A stretch of DNA of 63,191 bases, the filler included, from Globobulimina sp. (Eukaryota), in the NCBI GenBank assembly GCA_003354225.1. It is 45 parts of 45 records of this genome, joined end to end, with 100 filler letters (N's around TTAATTAATTAA, not from the genome) between each part and the next. Parts side by side here need not be neighbours in the genome. Positions count along the whole stretch, not along the records: positions 23,925 to 25,231 come from PIVH01018992.1; positions 25,332 to 26,638 come from PIVH01018993.1; positions 26,739 to 28,045 come from PIVH01018994.1; positions 28,146 to 29,451 come from PIVH01018995.1; positions 29,552 to 30,857 come from PIVH01018996.1; positions 30,958 to 32,263 come from PIVH01018997.1; positions 32,364 to 33,669 come from PIVH01018998.1; positions 33,770 to 35,075 come from PIVH01018999.1; 37 more parts are not named here. One strand, 5' to 3'. Made by a program: the position numbers and the translations under genes. Each line of letters starts with the position of its first letter. The first letter of the stretch is position 1. Below the pieces are notes generated by a model that was not told where the DNA came from, ran no database searches, and worked only from the letters and a program-made list of their open reading frames with translations. Positions 23,925 through 36,581 of this stretch are shown here, piece by piece.

Positions 23925-25116
23925 GCCAGTAGGGCCTCAAACAGTTGAGAATAATACGTTTTATCGATTTTGGTCTTTTATATTCTGTTCTACATGCAGT
24001 AAGGCAAGAGATTTCTGACATCGATTCTCTATCGTGCGGGCTTCTGATATATTCATGTCTGTCCATTTTTATACTATCATGTGGTACGCGTACAGCCGGA
24101 GTTCTAATGAACTCTTGTCTGTCGGGTAGATCTACAAGGTCCGGGGTTAGACATTTTATTGATTTTTGTCTTCTATATGTCGCTCTGCATGTAGTGGTGT
24201 CATTATTTTTTGCCTCAGGTGATTTATCACATTGTCTACGTTCATATATTGGAATTTCTAACGCATCTTTCAGGTTATGCAAGTTTTTGGAATTTTCACA
24301 TAATGGATATTCAATGATGTTTTCATTAGTATTCACTGCATATTTATTCCACTCTTTTCTATTAATTTCAGTTATTTCTAATAGATGTTGACCAGCCTTC
24401 AATACATCAGTACATACATTATCAGTACATACAGCTATTTTTGATTCTGGATTTTTAGATTTTTCAGATCCAATTTCCATTGGATGTGTATACATTCTAT
24501 CAAGAGTATTAGGTATATATTCATCCACTTTAATTATAGGTATAAAGCCAATCTTTTTAGCTTTCTTTTTAAGATTTTCTATGGATTTTGTGTTTAGATC
24601 CGCCGTAATGTCCGTCGGTTTATTATCCTTGAGTGCGGTCTCCTTGACCGAAGTCAAAAGACCGTCACTTCTCGGACTTGTACGTTTTGATTTAGATTTA
24701 TACTTAGATTTATACTTAGGTTTATATATCGTTTCTTTATATACCTCTGGATTATCACTTTTCGTTTTAGTTTTAGCTCTCCTTTTGGGTTGATATCTGG
24801 TCGGATTTTTCTGTTCTTCTTTCAATTTGGATTCCAAATCTTTCTTTATTTTATATTTTCTATCTCTCTCCTTCTTTGTACATCGCACACATCTTTTTAT
24901 TTTAGAACAAAATGCACACTGTTCCTTAATTTCTAAATTTTCTAAATTTTCTAGATTTTCTAATTCAATTTTTCTTATTATACATACATCAGTCGATAAA
25001 ACATTATTGGATACAACATTTGGCACATTTAAAACAGTTGAGACACATATATTTACAGGTTCATTAACAATATTAACAATATTATGTACAGGGTTAGAAT
25101 TGGCAACAATAGGCAT
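23925..25116 (-). CDS. Intronless Lys-rich hypothetical protein with CxxC-x5-CxxC, 3'-partial; possible mobile-element ORF
   Basis: About 397 open codons; CAFCSKIKRCVRC; internal repeats CRATYRRQKSIK / CRTEYKRPKSIK. Confidence 0.6.
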
Positions 25117-25732
25117 CTATGTTAAACACTCGTATAACGTTATAGGCCAGGCAGGGAGCTCAGGACGCGACACAACCTACTCGCGGCTCCGCTGGAAATC
25201 CGCTGGAATGAATGGTATATGACCGTTAAGGNNNNNNNNNNNNNNNNNNNNNNNNNNNNNNNNNNNNNNNNNNNNTTAATTAATTAANNNNNNNNNNNNN
25301 NNNNNNNNNNNNNNNNNNNNNNNNNNNNNNNTTATAGAAAATTCTATGGATCGCATTACATGATATTGATGAAGACTATGTCTTGAAAGAGGCGATTGTA
25401 ATGATCTATAGACGAGCCCATTGTTTGTTGTAAAGTTTTTAAAATGTTTTTATTGTTTAAACTAAAATCTTACCTTACCAAAACTCTGACTTTCTAACAA
25501 CGCATATAAACGAAATTATAAACAAAACACAATAAAATATATCCAGTACAGAGAGTAAAAAGAAAATAAGATTGGAACTAATAGTAGGCAAATAATATGA
25601 AAAAGACAAAAATGGTAATAAGGTATGTCTTCGTTAGGATATTAAATGTAGAAATCACACAATCAATAAAAGCATTTAAAATTTAAAAAACGTTTCAATA
25701 ATCAATATAGGATAGGATTTACAGTATATTTA

Positions 25733-26638
25733 CTATTTGTAAACGTGAATGAGGAGATTGATTAATTCCGTCATAGCAAGTATATGATGTTCGGGAGGAC
25801 CGGGTTGGCACAAATGACCCCATGGCTCTCCTTCACATAATATCCATCTATATTTGCCGAAATGATATGGGAGCAATGTCTCATTCCATCTCAACAATTT
25901 CAACTGATTACGTTGCAGTAGGTTAAGCCAAATTAAATTTGGATATTTGTGTTGCAAATAATTGAGGAAAGTTGTGTTAATGCCATGATCCAATGCATAT
26001 TCAGTGGGGAACCAGTCCCACCATTGACTTACAAAAAGAACTGGTTTATTCAAATGATTTATGAATTTCAAATCAGTCTCCAATTGCTCGTAAAAGTCAT
26101 AAACGGGCATATTGCCAATATTAAATATCACCACATCCAAATTCATAATATCTCTCAGTATTTCCTCTCTTTTCATATTTGTATTCCACTCAATATGTTT
26201 GATGTTCTCTTTAATGAATACATCCATTCTCTTATATTTTTGCCGATGGTTGAAATGCAAATACATGTTGCTGCCGTCTGCAATTTGTGAATATACAAAT
26301 CTCGCACCGCATGTTTTTATATTCTTGGCCTGTCTTTGTTTTTCAAATAATGTTTCATTTGAGAAATTAGCGCCTAATCCATTCAAATCAGCCGTCCTAT
26401 ATTTGTGATTCCAATCTGCCGCTCCGAATTCACCACAAACTGTGTCATTGTAATTGTATTTATGTGGGATGTTGCCATTAATTGTTTTAATGGCCGGATA
26501 GTAGGAATGTACTATTTTGTTATACGAATTAGAAAATAAATTGATCTCAACATCATCCATCAAACAGTACAATCCTTGAAATAGCTGTTTTAAGTGGGAA
26601 TTGCCAAAGAAATAGAGATGCAATTAGGCATTAAAGCC
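25733..26638 (-). CDS. SGNH/PC-esterase (TBL-like) family protein, 5'-partial
   Basis: FFGNSHLKQLF (GDS block), DVVIFNIG, HLCQPGPP (like HWCLPG). Confidence 0.7.
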
Positions 26639-27182
26639 NNNNNNNNNNNNNNNNNNNNNNNNNNNNNNNNNNNNNNNNNNNNTTAATTAATTAANNNNNN
26701 NNNNNNNNNNNNNNNNNNNNNNNNNNNNNNNNNNNNNNTTTGTCTTCTATTCCGTTGCCATTTTTTTTTATTATATTCCTTTTTCATTTTATTCCTTTGT
26801 TTGTGTTCGTGTTTTGGGGCTATATTTTCTGTTTTGTGGCTCGTGGAATGCAGTACATCACTTCTCCACGCCCTCAATGATTTCATTCTTGTTTTTTTTA
26901 TTTTTTTTTGTTTTTTTTTATTTGGTTTATGGTTTATCATAAGTTCAATGTGCAAGGATTTTTTTTACATTCTCATTTTTTCGTCATGTTGATTCAATTT
27001 GTAATTTTTCCATCTTTCAAGTTTCAATCAACTCATGTTTTAATATCCATTACATGGCAAATCATGTTAATTTATGACAATTGTTCTTTTTCTAGCCATC
27101 TAGATAAGGAACACCACGTTGAGTCATGTGCCGAAAGCATATTTTAATTATTTTACATTATGATAATACCAAAATTATTGTA

Positions 27183-28045
27183 TCATTTTTTTGAAATGAA
27201 GCAAATTGTATTATTTTCTTTCAATTTGAAATTTTTCCATCTTATAATCAACTCATGTTTTAATCCATTATATGGCAAATCATGTGATCGTAACCGTTGC
27301 ATTAACTGAGCAGTTGTCAATTTATTCAATGATACATCATCAAGTGATGTCATATATGCATCTAATTCCAAATAATTTATATTTCTTTCTGACAATTGTT
27401 CTTTTTCTACGCTTAAATCTGTTAACTCCTCATCTGTTTCATCATTACTATGCTTATCATATGATACATTCTTATACAATACATCAACATGTGATACATT
27501 CTTAGAATTAGCGACTATTTTATCTTCCCAATGTTTAGTCATTTTATTATCATCGAATAAAAATCGGCAATCAAAATCATATGCACTTATTTCTTTCGTT
27601 TTCATTTTCATTCTATTGAGTTTTTGCAACAACTTCTTTTGCGTTGTTTTTATCTGTATATCCCATATTGCCTCGAAGATTTCTTTCAAAAAATGCAATT
27701 CTTTGCCAAATCCATTATCAATCAGTCCTTTCTCCTGACCATTAATTATAAAATAGCCGCCTGTACCTTGTAACTTATCCAATGCACATTCTTCAAATTC
27801 CGAATCAGATGTTTTCAATGTACATACAGCAGAGCCGACCATAGCAGGTATTTTTCCAATGGTCATTGTGCTCTCAATGGTCGATGTCATATTTTCTTCC
27901 ATAGTTTCACCGTCTATTTCATACAAAGTTGTTACAATCGCACAGTCCATTTCTGCGCAGTATGTCAATCCTTGTAAAATACATTGCGACGGTAATAAAG
28001 GAACAGTTTCGAATTCTGGGAATGAAAGAGTTGTTGGTGGTGTCA
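27183..28045 (-). CDS. RNA polymerase RPB2-like N-terminal fragment fused in frame to an unrelated region and a C-terminal SAP domain
   Basis: LLPSQC...LTY, IGKIPAMVGS..C.L, EC..D...GGYFIINGQEK, then LNKLTTAQLMQRLRSHDLPYNGLKHELIIRW. Confidence 0.75.
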
Positions 28046-28331
28046 NNNNNNNNNNNNNNNNNNNNNNNNNNNNNNNNNNNNNNNNNNNNTTAATTAATTA
28101 ANNNNNNNNNNNNNNNNNNNNNNNNNNNNNNNNNNNNNNNNNNNNGCATTTGGTCATGGATTGTTTCTTGCAGACTTGCCATTATCTCTTAACGATTTTT
28201 CAGTTGAATTTGGTTATATTGTTTTCAAGATTACAGAACAAAAAATATTTGAGAAAATTTAGGCTCATTTGTTAGAAAGATTTGACATGTTTGAAATATT
28301 GCATGTTGAAATCCACATTAATGTCTAATGT

Positions 28332-29385
28332 CTATAGAATTCTATCACCGTCCATACAATGAATATACAATATAACGCAAAGCATTCCGTTTACCACAGC
28401 AATTAATTCAACAATGATACAAAACATACTTACTCTATGCACCATATTTGGATTATTCTCATATTGCGGTTGTACAAAAGCATAAACACTCCCAAAAACA
28501 CCCAAACAAACATATGTTATTACCATAATAATAATACTTAACGCACTCCAATGTTGATACATTGCAAAAGCTGTCGGTGCAGATATAAAAGTGACTGCGG
28601 CACCAAAGTAATGCAAACCTGTGGATAATTTACTGTGTAAATCCAATTCAAATCCAGTGATTATAGTGCTGCCAAAAGTGGACCAGAGCAGCAATACCAG
28701 CGACAGTGCCTCAATATTTAAGGCCTGAAATCCAAACCATTTGAATGAAGCAGCACTGAATGCCATACCAAAACAAATATTACTCGATGATCCCAGTAAA
28801 TAAAATAAGTTACTTCCTCTCATTGACGACATTGCAGAAATAGATGACATTATACTTGTTTTATATTCCTTAACATTATACGGCACCACTTAACATTTAA
28901 AAAATATCGATTTTCATATTAAATCAGCATCTAAAAAAACATCAGATTTTATCTATATTTTGCATGAAAATCAATATTTCAAAATGGAATTAATGGATGA
29001 ATTCACCTAAAAATAAAGTATCTGGAACAACTTTTCGAAAAACAACAATTGAATGTAAATGTTGCATTGTTAGTACAACGCCAAGAAATTGTATGAGCCA
29101 TAAACACTGCACCAATGCCATGCAATATGCAATATTCTGATAAGGACTTTGCGCTCTTAAGATATAAAATAATAGAAATGACGCAAAAATGAATATGCAC
29201 GAACAAAACAATCTGATATATCTCTCAATTTGTAAAGCATCAAAGTGTAAATGGACCTCTTCTATTGTGCTTTTTTTGTGAAGTTCAATATCATTATCGG
29301 AAGCATCTGTTGTTTCTATGGGTTGTCTGGAAATAGTGCCTCCAGATTCCATACTTATTAGTTGTACAGCTTCTGATGTAGCCAT
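28332..29385 (-). CDS. Multi-pass membrane protein, Frag1/DRAM/Sfk1-like; intron 28889-29006
   Basis: Spliced ORF with about 7-8 TM; SIS and LHYFGA motifs. Confidence 0.6.
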
Positions 29386-30624
29386 TACTGAGCCATTTGA
29401 TTAAACGATGAGAATTTTCTTTGCATAAATCATACAAAATATCGACCAGAGNNNNNNNNNNNNNNNNNNNNNNNNNNNNNNNNNNNNNNNNNNNNTTAAT
29501 TAATTAANNNNNNNNNNNNNNNNNNNNNNNNNNNNNNNNNNNNNNNNNNNNTGACCAACTTTAAACTCAACAGCTGGTCTTCACTTTGCAAGAGATACCA
29601 ACAGTATATATTAGCTGTAGAGGTAGCTTAGGCCAAACCTGGTATAAGTTTGGTTATTCGTTGAGCACTTTGTGATCGAGATTCTACATATAATGCAAGT
29701 ACGTGGAAATTAATGTACGGAGATTTTTAGGTCGCTTATATTAGTATACAAAGAAGCCAGTGTTTTCTACATTGCGTATGCAAAATACAAAATTACCTTA
29801 ATTACAAAGCGAGGTCAACCTTCAGTTTTTCGATTTGCCATATGCTTTATCTGTTAACTGCGTTTTAAGCGAAAAACGGATATGCGATACCTTTCTCTCC
29901 TAATTAACCGATCTGATGAAAATTGTTGAATAGCTACCTAGATACATGCTCTACAAAACCTCAAACTGCCCATTTGGAACTCCAATCAGAAGTTGCATTT
30001 TTTAAGCTAACAAAATTTTCACTTCCAGCTTTATCGCCAACGATTATGAATTGTGAGTTCAGATCACTATACGTCGATGGGCCATAGCCGAATTATCCAA
30101 GAAATACAGACCACCGAGGATTTCATCGAACTTTTCGTAGGTTCTAGTGCTTGAAAGTTACATTGTGAGTTTTGATAGTTATCAAATATGAATTATATTT
30201 GCTGTACAATTAAATTAGTTATTCTTATTTTGATATATTATTATATCAAAGTGCATTGCATTGTCTGATTTATAATTAATAAAATAAAATTTTGTTAACA
30301 ATAAAATTTAAAATGATGGGGAGAAGTTGAATGTAATTGCAGGCTTATCTAGGGTATATTGAGGAAATTTTCGAAGTCAGAAATATGGTAAAATTAGATT
30401 GGATTCGGACTTGCTGTTAAAAAGCAAGAACTATCCGGAAATTAATGTTCTGCCCAAAAAAAATCGCATTGTCGTCTAAATGGTGCCATTTGAACAGGTT
30501 GACAGTTGTCGTCGTCTACGGAACGGCAGTGAAATTTGATCTAATAGTTTTAGCCCCCTCGTTTCAGTAGTTACACAAAGAGCCAGGTGCAAATTTCTTT
30601 CTTAGCATTGACCATTTATGTCAT

Positions 30625-30780
30625 AGTACTGTACTATACTGTACTGTACTGTACTGTACTATATTGTACTGTACTGTACTGTACTGTACTGTATTGTACT
30701 CTACTGTACTGTACTGTTCTGTTAACTTTAGTGTACTGTACTCTACTGTTAATTGTACTGTTGAATGTATTATACTGTTT
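30625..30780. repeat. (TACTG)n pentanucleotide microsatellite, degenerating
   Basis: Directly visible. Confidence 0.95.
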
Positions 30781-31075
30781 AATGTTCGGTCGTGTCAGAA
30801 AAGGAGATAAGTGCGCGCAAAAAAATATTAAAGGCCGTGTCCTGTGATTAAGTAATANNNNNNNNNNNNNNNNNNNNNNNNNNNNNNNNNNNNNNNNNNN
30901 NTTAATTAATTAANNNNNNNNNNNNNNNNNNNNNNNNNNNNNNNNNNNNNNNNNNNNATAAGTGTTATCTCCATAAATTTTCAAACGCGGTGTTTCCAAA
31001 AGGTAGTATTCGATATTCTAAAGTACATAGAAAGGAAGAAACAAATAGAATGTGATATTGTGTAAACAAAATATA

Positions 31076-32263
31076 TTAATCCTTGATATTTTTTGTGTCC
31101 TTTTTAATAACATTATATTTATATTTTCCAAATTGAGGATCAACTCTTAAATTTTTTATTTCATCTTGCAACTGAGTCATAAATACTTGATTTGTATCAA
31201 ATTCTTTTACTTTTATTTGTAAATTCCGCATTACCATTTTCATAAACTCATCGATTTTTGCACCAACTCTAAACCCGCCAGACATCTTACAATATTTATC
31301 ATAATTGGTTTGTTGTAAATTGATAATAACTAATTTGCCTTTATTTTGTGTCCAACACATCAATGGAATATCACACGCCGGTTTCACCATTAATGATGAT
31401 CCAAATACAACACATAAATCTCCTTTGGAGCTTTGTTTGATCGCATTATTCAATTCCAACTCTGGCAATATTTCACCAAAATTTATAATCGAATCTCTTA
31501 ATTTTCCATTACAATCCAAGTCATTGCATAACCTCCCCGTAAATCTATGTTCACAACGCTTTGTGGTATCAAATGCGCGCAAATATTCCGCCCCACACTC
31601 TTCACAATGCTCCCTATAAATATTACCATGCAACTCTGACATCTCTGCCTTCTTTATTCCACTTCTACGATGTAACCCATCCACATTCGTTGACACTACA
31701 TAATGCAATAAATTATGCTTAAATAATTCCACAATGGCCATATGAGAGTATCTGCATTGTTTTAATGTACACAAATGTCAATTATCCATATATTTATATA
31801 CAAACATTACGTCGGTTTTGCCTGTTCCAATGTAATTGCGTGCTGAGGCTCCAATCCTTTGGCCCGCAATGTCCATACACCTTGCGGGCCTATACAGTAT
31901 GTATCAGAAACAATATACAAATATAAAAACGCTTTCATGAATGCAATGTTATACCTCTGTAATCTGGTAATTTTGCAGCGGTGCTGATACCGGCTCCAGT
32001 ATGAAAAACAGTATGTTTTGATTGTAATAACAAGTTTGTAAATTGCTGAGCAAATTGTTTCAATAAACTAGGCTCAGTATAAAGCTCTTTTACTTCCTCA
32101 GAATTGTCGTGTGTGGTATAATCAGTAACGCGAATTATATGTTTTACGATAGTCTCTGTTTCTTTTAATTTCTCTTTATCAAATTGTTTAATTCCACCAA
32201 ATATAGCACACATTTTCTTTTTTGTGTCTGATGGTTGCAAATCTAAAGTATCATTCTCTTTTG
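31076..32263 (-). CDS. Class IV sirtuin (SIRT6/7/SRT1-like) with N-terminal beta-thymosin-like motif; introns 31890-31954 and 31752-31810
   Basis: [35 protein letters not shown], ELHGN, CxxC..CxxxxC, DSIINFGE, GSSLMVKPA, IINLQ. Confidence 0.95.
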
Positions 32264-32363
32264 NNNNNNNNNNNNNNNNNNNNNNNNNNNNNNNNNNNNN
32301 NNNNNNNTTAATTAATTAANNNNNNNNNNNNNNNNNNNNNNNNNNNNNNNNNNNNNNNNNNNN

Positions 32364-32892
32364 CGCCAATGACTGGCATAGCAGTTCCGACATCGCCCAT
32401 ACCGCGTTGCAGTTCGTTTGTATATGAATCAAATCCTGCGATCGACATATTTGCTAATGATGGTATACAGTATTTATCGATGTATAGTTCCGATGGATAG
32501 GGCGCATTCATGCCATTTACGTAAATATGATTCTGGAAAAAATCGTCGAATGTGGCTTGATTACAATCATTTGTACATACTTTAAATCTGAATTCTTTTG
32601 GATCGGGCCAAAAAGCATAAGGTAAATCTTCTACGCCTTCGGTTTTGCCACATATCATTCCGGCGTGATTTACTCCACGTATTAAGCGATCTGGATCGCC
32701 GGCCATGTACGCATTAGACCATACATAGGATGCCAAGAATACAATAAATCCGAAAAATAATGCGATACATGGCATGTCTGTACATGATCGATTGGTTGCA
32801 ATTGAGGATAAATATCCGTCTGACTCATGATCAGAACAACTGCATCCTATTCGTCTACAACAAGGATCGCATCTCTTTGTGCAGCAAACCAT
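32364..32892 (-). CDS. Choline transporter-like (CTL/SLC44) N-terminus, 3'-partial
   Basis: RSCTD..C..LF and GDPDRL..G.N..G.ICG signature. Confidence 0.88.
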
Positions 32893-33770
32893 TCTAACTG
32901 AGATGTATAATTAACAGCAATTTGTTTCTGTAAATTTGTTTCTGTTCGGATTTGTGAATAAAAGATAAAAATAATTGTTTGATTTAAAATTTCTAATTAC
33001 GTCAAATCATGATGTCACTCATTCTTGATTATTACTGAAGACTACAAAGTTGATATCGGCGGATATGGTGTGTAATATAGTATTTGGTGCGCTTTTGCTG
33101 AGATTAGTCTCAGATTACAAGGATGTTAACAACTGCCAGTGCATGGTAAAAATGATTGATAATCTAAAGAGTTTTTTTGATTTCAATATTAAATATTGGC
33201 CAGAGAGGAATTGCCGCATAAAGTACAGTTATCCTTGCACAGAATAGTGATATTTGGCACCTGACAACAAAAAATAAAAGTTCAATAGATTGAAATATTA
33301 TTGGTCACTTGCACTCAAAGCACATAAATTAAAAAACAAAAACAAAAATACATGAACAAAAAGAAAAATGTGGGTTATTACAAAGAATTGCTTATCATGT
33401 TGGTGGTCAATGAGTTAATTAATTTGCAACAGAATTAAAAGAAAATACTATTCAAAACATTTTGATGTTGAACAATAAAATTACATTCTAAGGGATTGAA
33501 AATTGAATTGTTTATTATTGAGTTGTTTTCATTGTTTTCCAGATATATTTAATTGAGATGCCATTAACATCCGCCTCGAAGCATAATGGCAGAATGTAAT
33601 GTCATTCCCGCCTCGACTCCTGTTTATTTTTCATACAATATATCATCATTTTTTTATCAAACAATATGTNNNNNNNNNNNNNNNNNNNNNNNNNNNNNNN
33701 NNNNNNNNNNNNNTTAATTAATTAANNNNNNNNNNNNNNNNNNNNNNNNNNNNNNNNNNNNNNNNNNNNT

Positions 33771-34763
33771 GACATGGATGCGTTGCCCGTTCAAGAAGCA
33801 GATACTAATAATACAGATTACAAGTCACTAAACAATGGAATATCACATTGTTGTGGTCACGATTGTCATATGACAATTTTATTAGTCACTGCAAAGATAT
33901 TATGTACAATGAAATCGTCAATTGCAGGCAGTGTAAAATTTATTTTCCAGCCCGCAGAGGAAGGTGGAGGTGGCGCAAAATATATGGTAGAAGAAGGTGT
34001 ATTGGAAAATCCATTTGTTGATCAAATCTATGGTTTGCATGTCACGTCGACCTTGCCATTGGGTCAAATTGCTCTAAATGTGGAACCCAAACCATTTATG
34101 GCAGGCTGCGCCGAATGGTTTATTGACATAATAGGTGTTGGTGGGCATGGCGCCATGCCGCATGCCTCAAAAGATGTTATTATGATCGCTTCGAATTTGA
34201 TTCATCAGATTCATACAATTGTATCAAGAAATATATCGCCGAATGAGATGGGGGTCATCAGCATTGGTACAATGAATAGTGGCTATAAAAGTAATGTGAT
34301 TGCGGATAAAGCTGCACTTTCTGGAACCATGCGATGGTTTAATAATAAAATTGGAGATATTATGAAAACACGATTGAAACAAATTTGTGATGGAGTTTCT
34401 GAAAGTTTTACAGTTGAAGTTAAATTGAGATTTGGTGATACAGAATTTCCACCGGTGTTTAATTCACAATCTGGACATAAAATTGTATGCAATGCAGCCA
34501 CTAAAATTGTTGGCAGTGACGGATTGGACATGGATTCGCAAACAATCCCAGCAAGTGAAGATTTCTCATTTTATTTGCAGAAAAGAAGTGGTTCATATTT
34601 TTGTGTTGGTGGCAAATTGGAAGATGGTAAAAATAAATTATATATGCATCATATATCTGATTTTAAAATTGATGAAAGATGTATGTTAATTGGTTCTCAA
34701 ATGTTTGTACAGATTATATCAGATTTGCTTTTAAAAGCAAAAATAGTTCCTTCTAAGTTGTAA
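33771..34763 (+). CDS. M20D family amidohydrolase, 5'-partial
   Basis: DMDALP, HCCGHDCH, FQPAEE, GHGAMPH, SEDFSFY, HH..F..DE. Confidence 0.95.
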   Translation, partial: DMDALPVQEADTNNTDYKSLNNGISHCCGHDCHMTILLVTAKILCTMKSSIAGSVKFIFQPAEEGGGGAKYMVEEGVLENPFVDQIYGLHVTSTLPLGQIALNVEPKPFMAGCAEWFIDIIGVGGHGAMPHASKDVIMIASNLIHQIHTIVSRNISPNEMGVISIGTMNSGYKSNVIADKAALSGTMRWFNNKIGDIMKTRLKQICDGVSESFTVEVKLRFGDTEFPPVFNSQSGHKIVCNAATKIVGSDGLDMDSQTIPASEDFSFYLQKRSGSYFCVGGKLEDGKNKLYMHHISDFKIDERCMLIGSQMFVQIISDLLLKAKIVPSKL

Positions 34764-34880
34764 ACAATTAATTTAATTCACATTTAAATCATGTAAAAAT
34801 ATGTACAACCGATTGTTTCTTTTATTAATTTTGCCGGATTTTAAATAGAAAAACGTTAATAGAAAACGATGGACAGTCAA

Positions 34881-35075
34881 TCATCTATGATTAATAATGT
34901 GGTCAACTTTAATTTTCCAATGGCGTCCACTTGTTTTCTCAAACAAATGGATCATTTCATCAAAATGGTATGATTGTATGATTGCAATGATATCATCTGA
35001 TGTTTTTCCTAAATGTTTAAATTCCTTCAATCTCCAACAATATCTAATATATCCATTTAAAATCAAATCGTTACC
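34881..35075 (-). CDS. C-terminal tail of a Kelch-type protein family member, 5'-partial
   Basis: LILNGYIR..W...DII.II.SY...IHLF....HWKI.VD.I, recalled as a foraminiferal Kelch-protein tail. Confidence 0.5.
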   Translation of the reverse strand, partial: GNDLILNGYIRYCWRLKEFKHLGKTSDDIIAIIQSYHFDEMIHLFEKTSGRHWKIKVDHIINHR

Positions 35076-35175
35076 NNNNNNNNNNNNNNNNNNNNNNNNN
35101 NNNNNNNNNNNNNNNNNNNTTAATTAATTAANNNNNNNNNNNNNNNNNNNNNNNNNNNNNNNNNNNNNNNNNNNN

Positions 35176-36481
35176 ATATTATTATTCACAAAGTACATTG
35201 TAATCAAGTCATGAAAGGGCGACTGATAAAAAAATGTGTCCCAATTCCGGTATTTTATCGCATCGTAATACTTTTTGATGCCTTCCTCGACGCTGATTCC
35301 TTCCTCTTTGGGATACTTAAACACAATCTTAGTCAGATTGGACTGTGCGTGACTATGCATGTGGCCGTCCATGAAACTCAGCAAACGCTTAAAAGTGTAA
35401 TCTGTCAAATACGGGCCATCTTTGATGATGATCTTGGTCACGTTTACAAATAAATTGCACAGCAAATCCAAATCAATCCACGAGTCGTCTTTGGTCATCA
35501 ACTGCTTCTTCAGCGAATAGTATCTATCGTTCATCTGATCGATGTCGATTTCGATCCATTTCATCTTTTTGCTGCAATAGTTACTGAATAAATTGTCGAC
35601 ATACTGCGGGATATTGCAATGTTGATGGTATTTCCGCTTTTTTTTGTTCATTTTTTTTACCTGATTCTGCATCAACATCACCATGGCTTTTTTGCCATAT
35701 TTCGAGGGAGAATCGTCGTCTTTGTCGCCGTGCAAGATATTGTTTAGATAGTTCATGCCGGAAATGTATTGATGGTAATTCTGAGAGTGCACAGCGTCTA
35801 AAATGGTCACTATACGCAAAGGACCAGTGCTGCTAAAGAATAATTTCTCATTTTCGTTGCAGAAATTTGAGATCCATTGACAGTCAAAGTACGTGGCGCT
35901 GGTATGATAGCGGGATAATTGTATGATTAATCCCTGCTGTTTCTCCATATTAATATTACACGAAACATACAAAGATTCGGTCATAGAAAGCGGTGAATAA
36001 ATGTTTAACAAACTATCTGTAAATAGATATTGCCCATACACGATATGATAAAACTTATCCGCAGAACGCAAGGATTGCCCATAAATCTCAGCACATTCTC
36101 GCAAATATTTGCTGAAATGCGCAAACTGCGAATGCCGCTGTATGATGGCATTGAAATCCTCCATATTTGCGGCAAAAAAGGACTGCGTAAACGCAGATTG
36201 AATGGCAGAATGATTGCAAAATAGCAGTAATACTAAGATATGATTCAGCGTTATCGGCGCTCGCTTATTGATATTGTATCTGCGAAGTAATTGGGTGTTG
36301 CCATAAAAACAGCTCGCTTTTAGCTTTCGCACTTTGTTGGTGGTCATCAAATCCTTTGTTTTTGCTAATAAATATTCAAAAGCTTTCTTGTTTAACTTAT
36401 TTTGATACAATTCCTGCTTCAAATCTTTATATTTATGCATGACGTACCAATCCGAAATAAATCCGCCATTCACAGTATCAA
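35176..36481 (-). CDS. Divergent ADP-ribosyltransferase-like domain protein, copy 1, partial
   Basis: KYKDLKQE, HILVLLLFCN, YLRECAEIYG, FYH, PLSMT, YFDCQWISNFCNENEKLF. Confidence 0.65.
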
Positions 36482-36581
36482 NNNNNNNNNNNNNNNNNNN
36501 NNNNNNNNNNNNNNNNNNNNNNNNNTTAATTAATTAANNNNNNNNNNNNNNNNNNNNNNNNNNNNNNNNNNNNNNNNNNNN

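Noticed and set aside
30587-30847. YCTVL-repeat protein
   Set aside because: Translation of a (TACTG)n microsatellite
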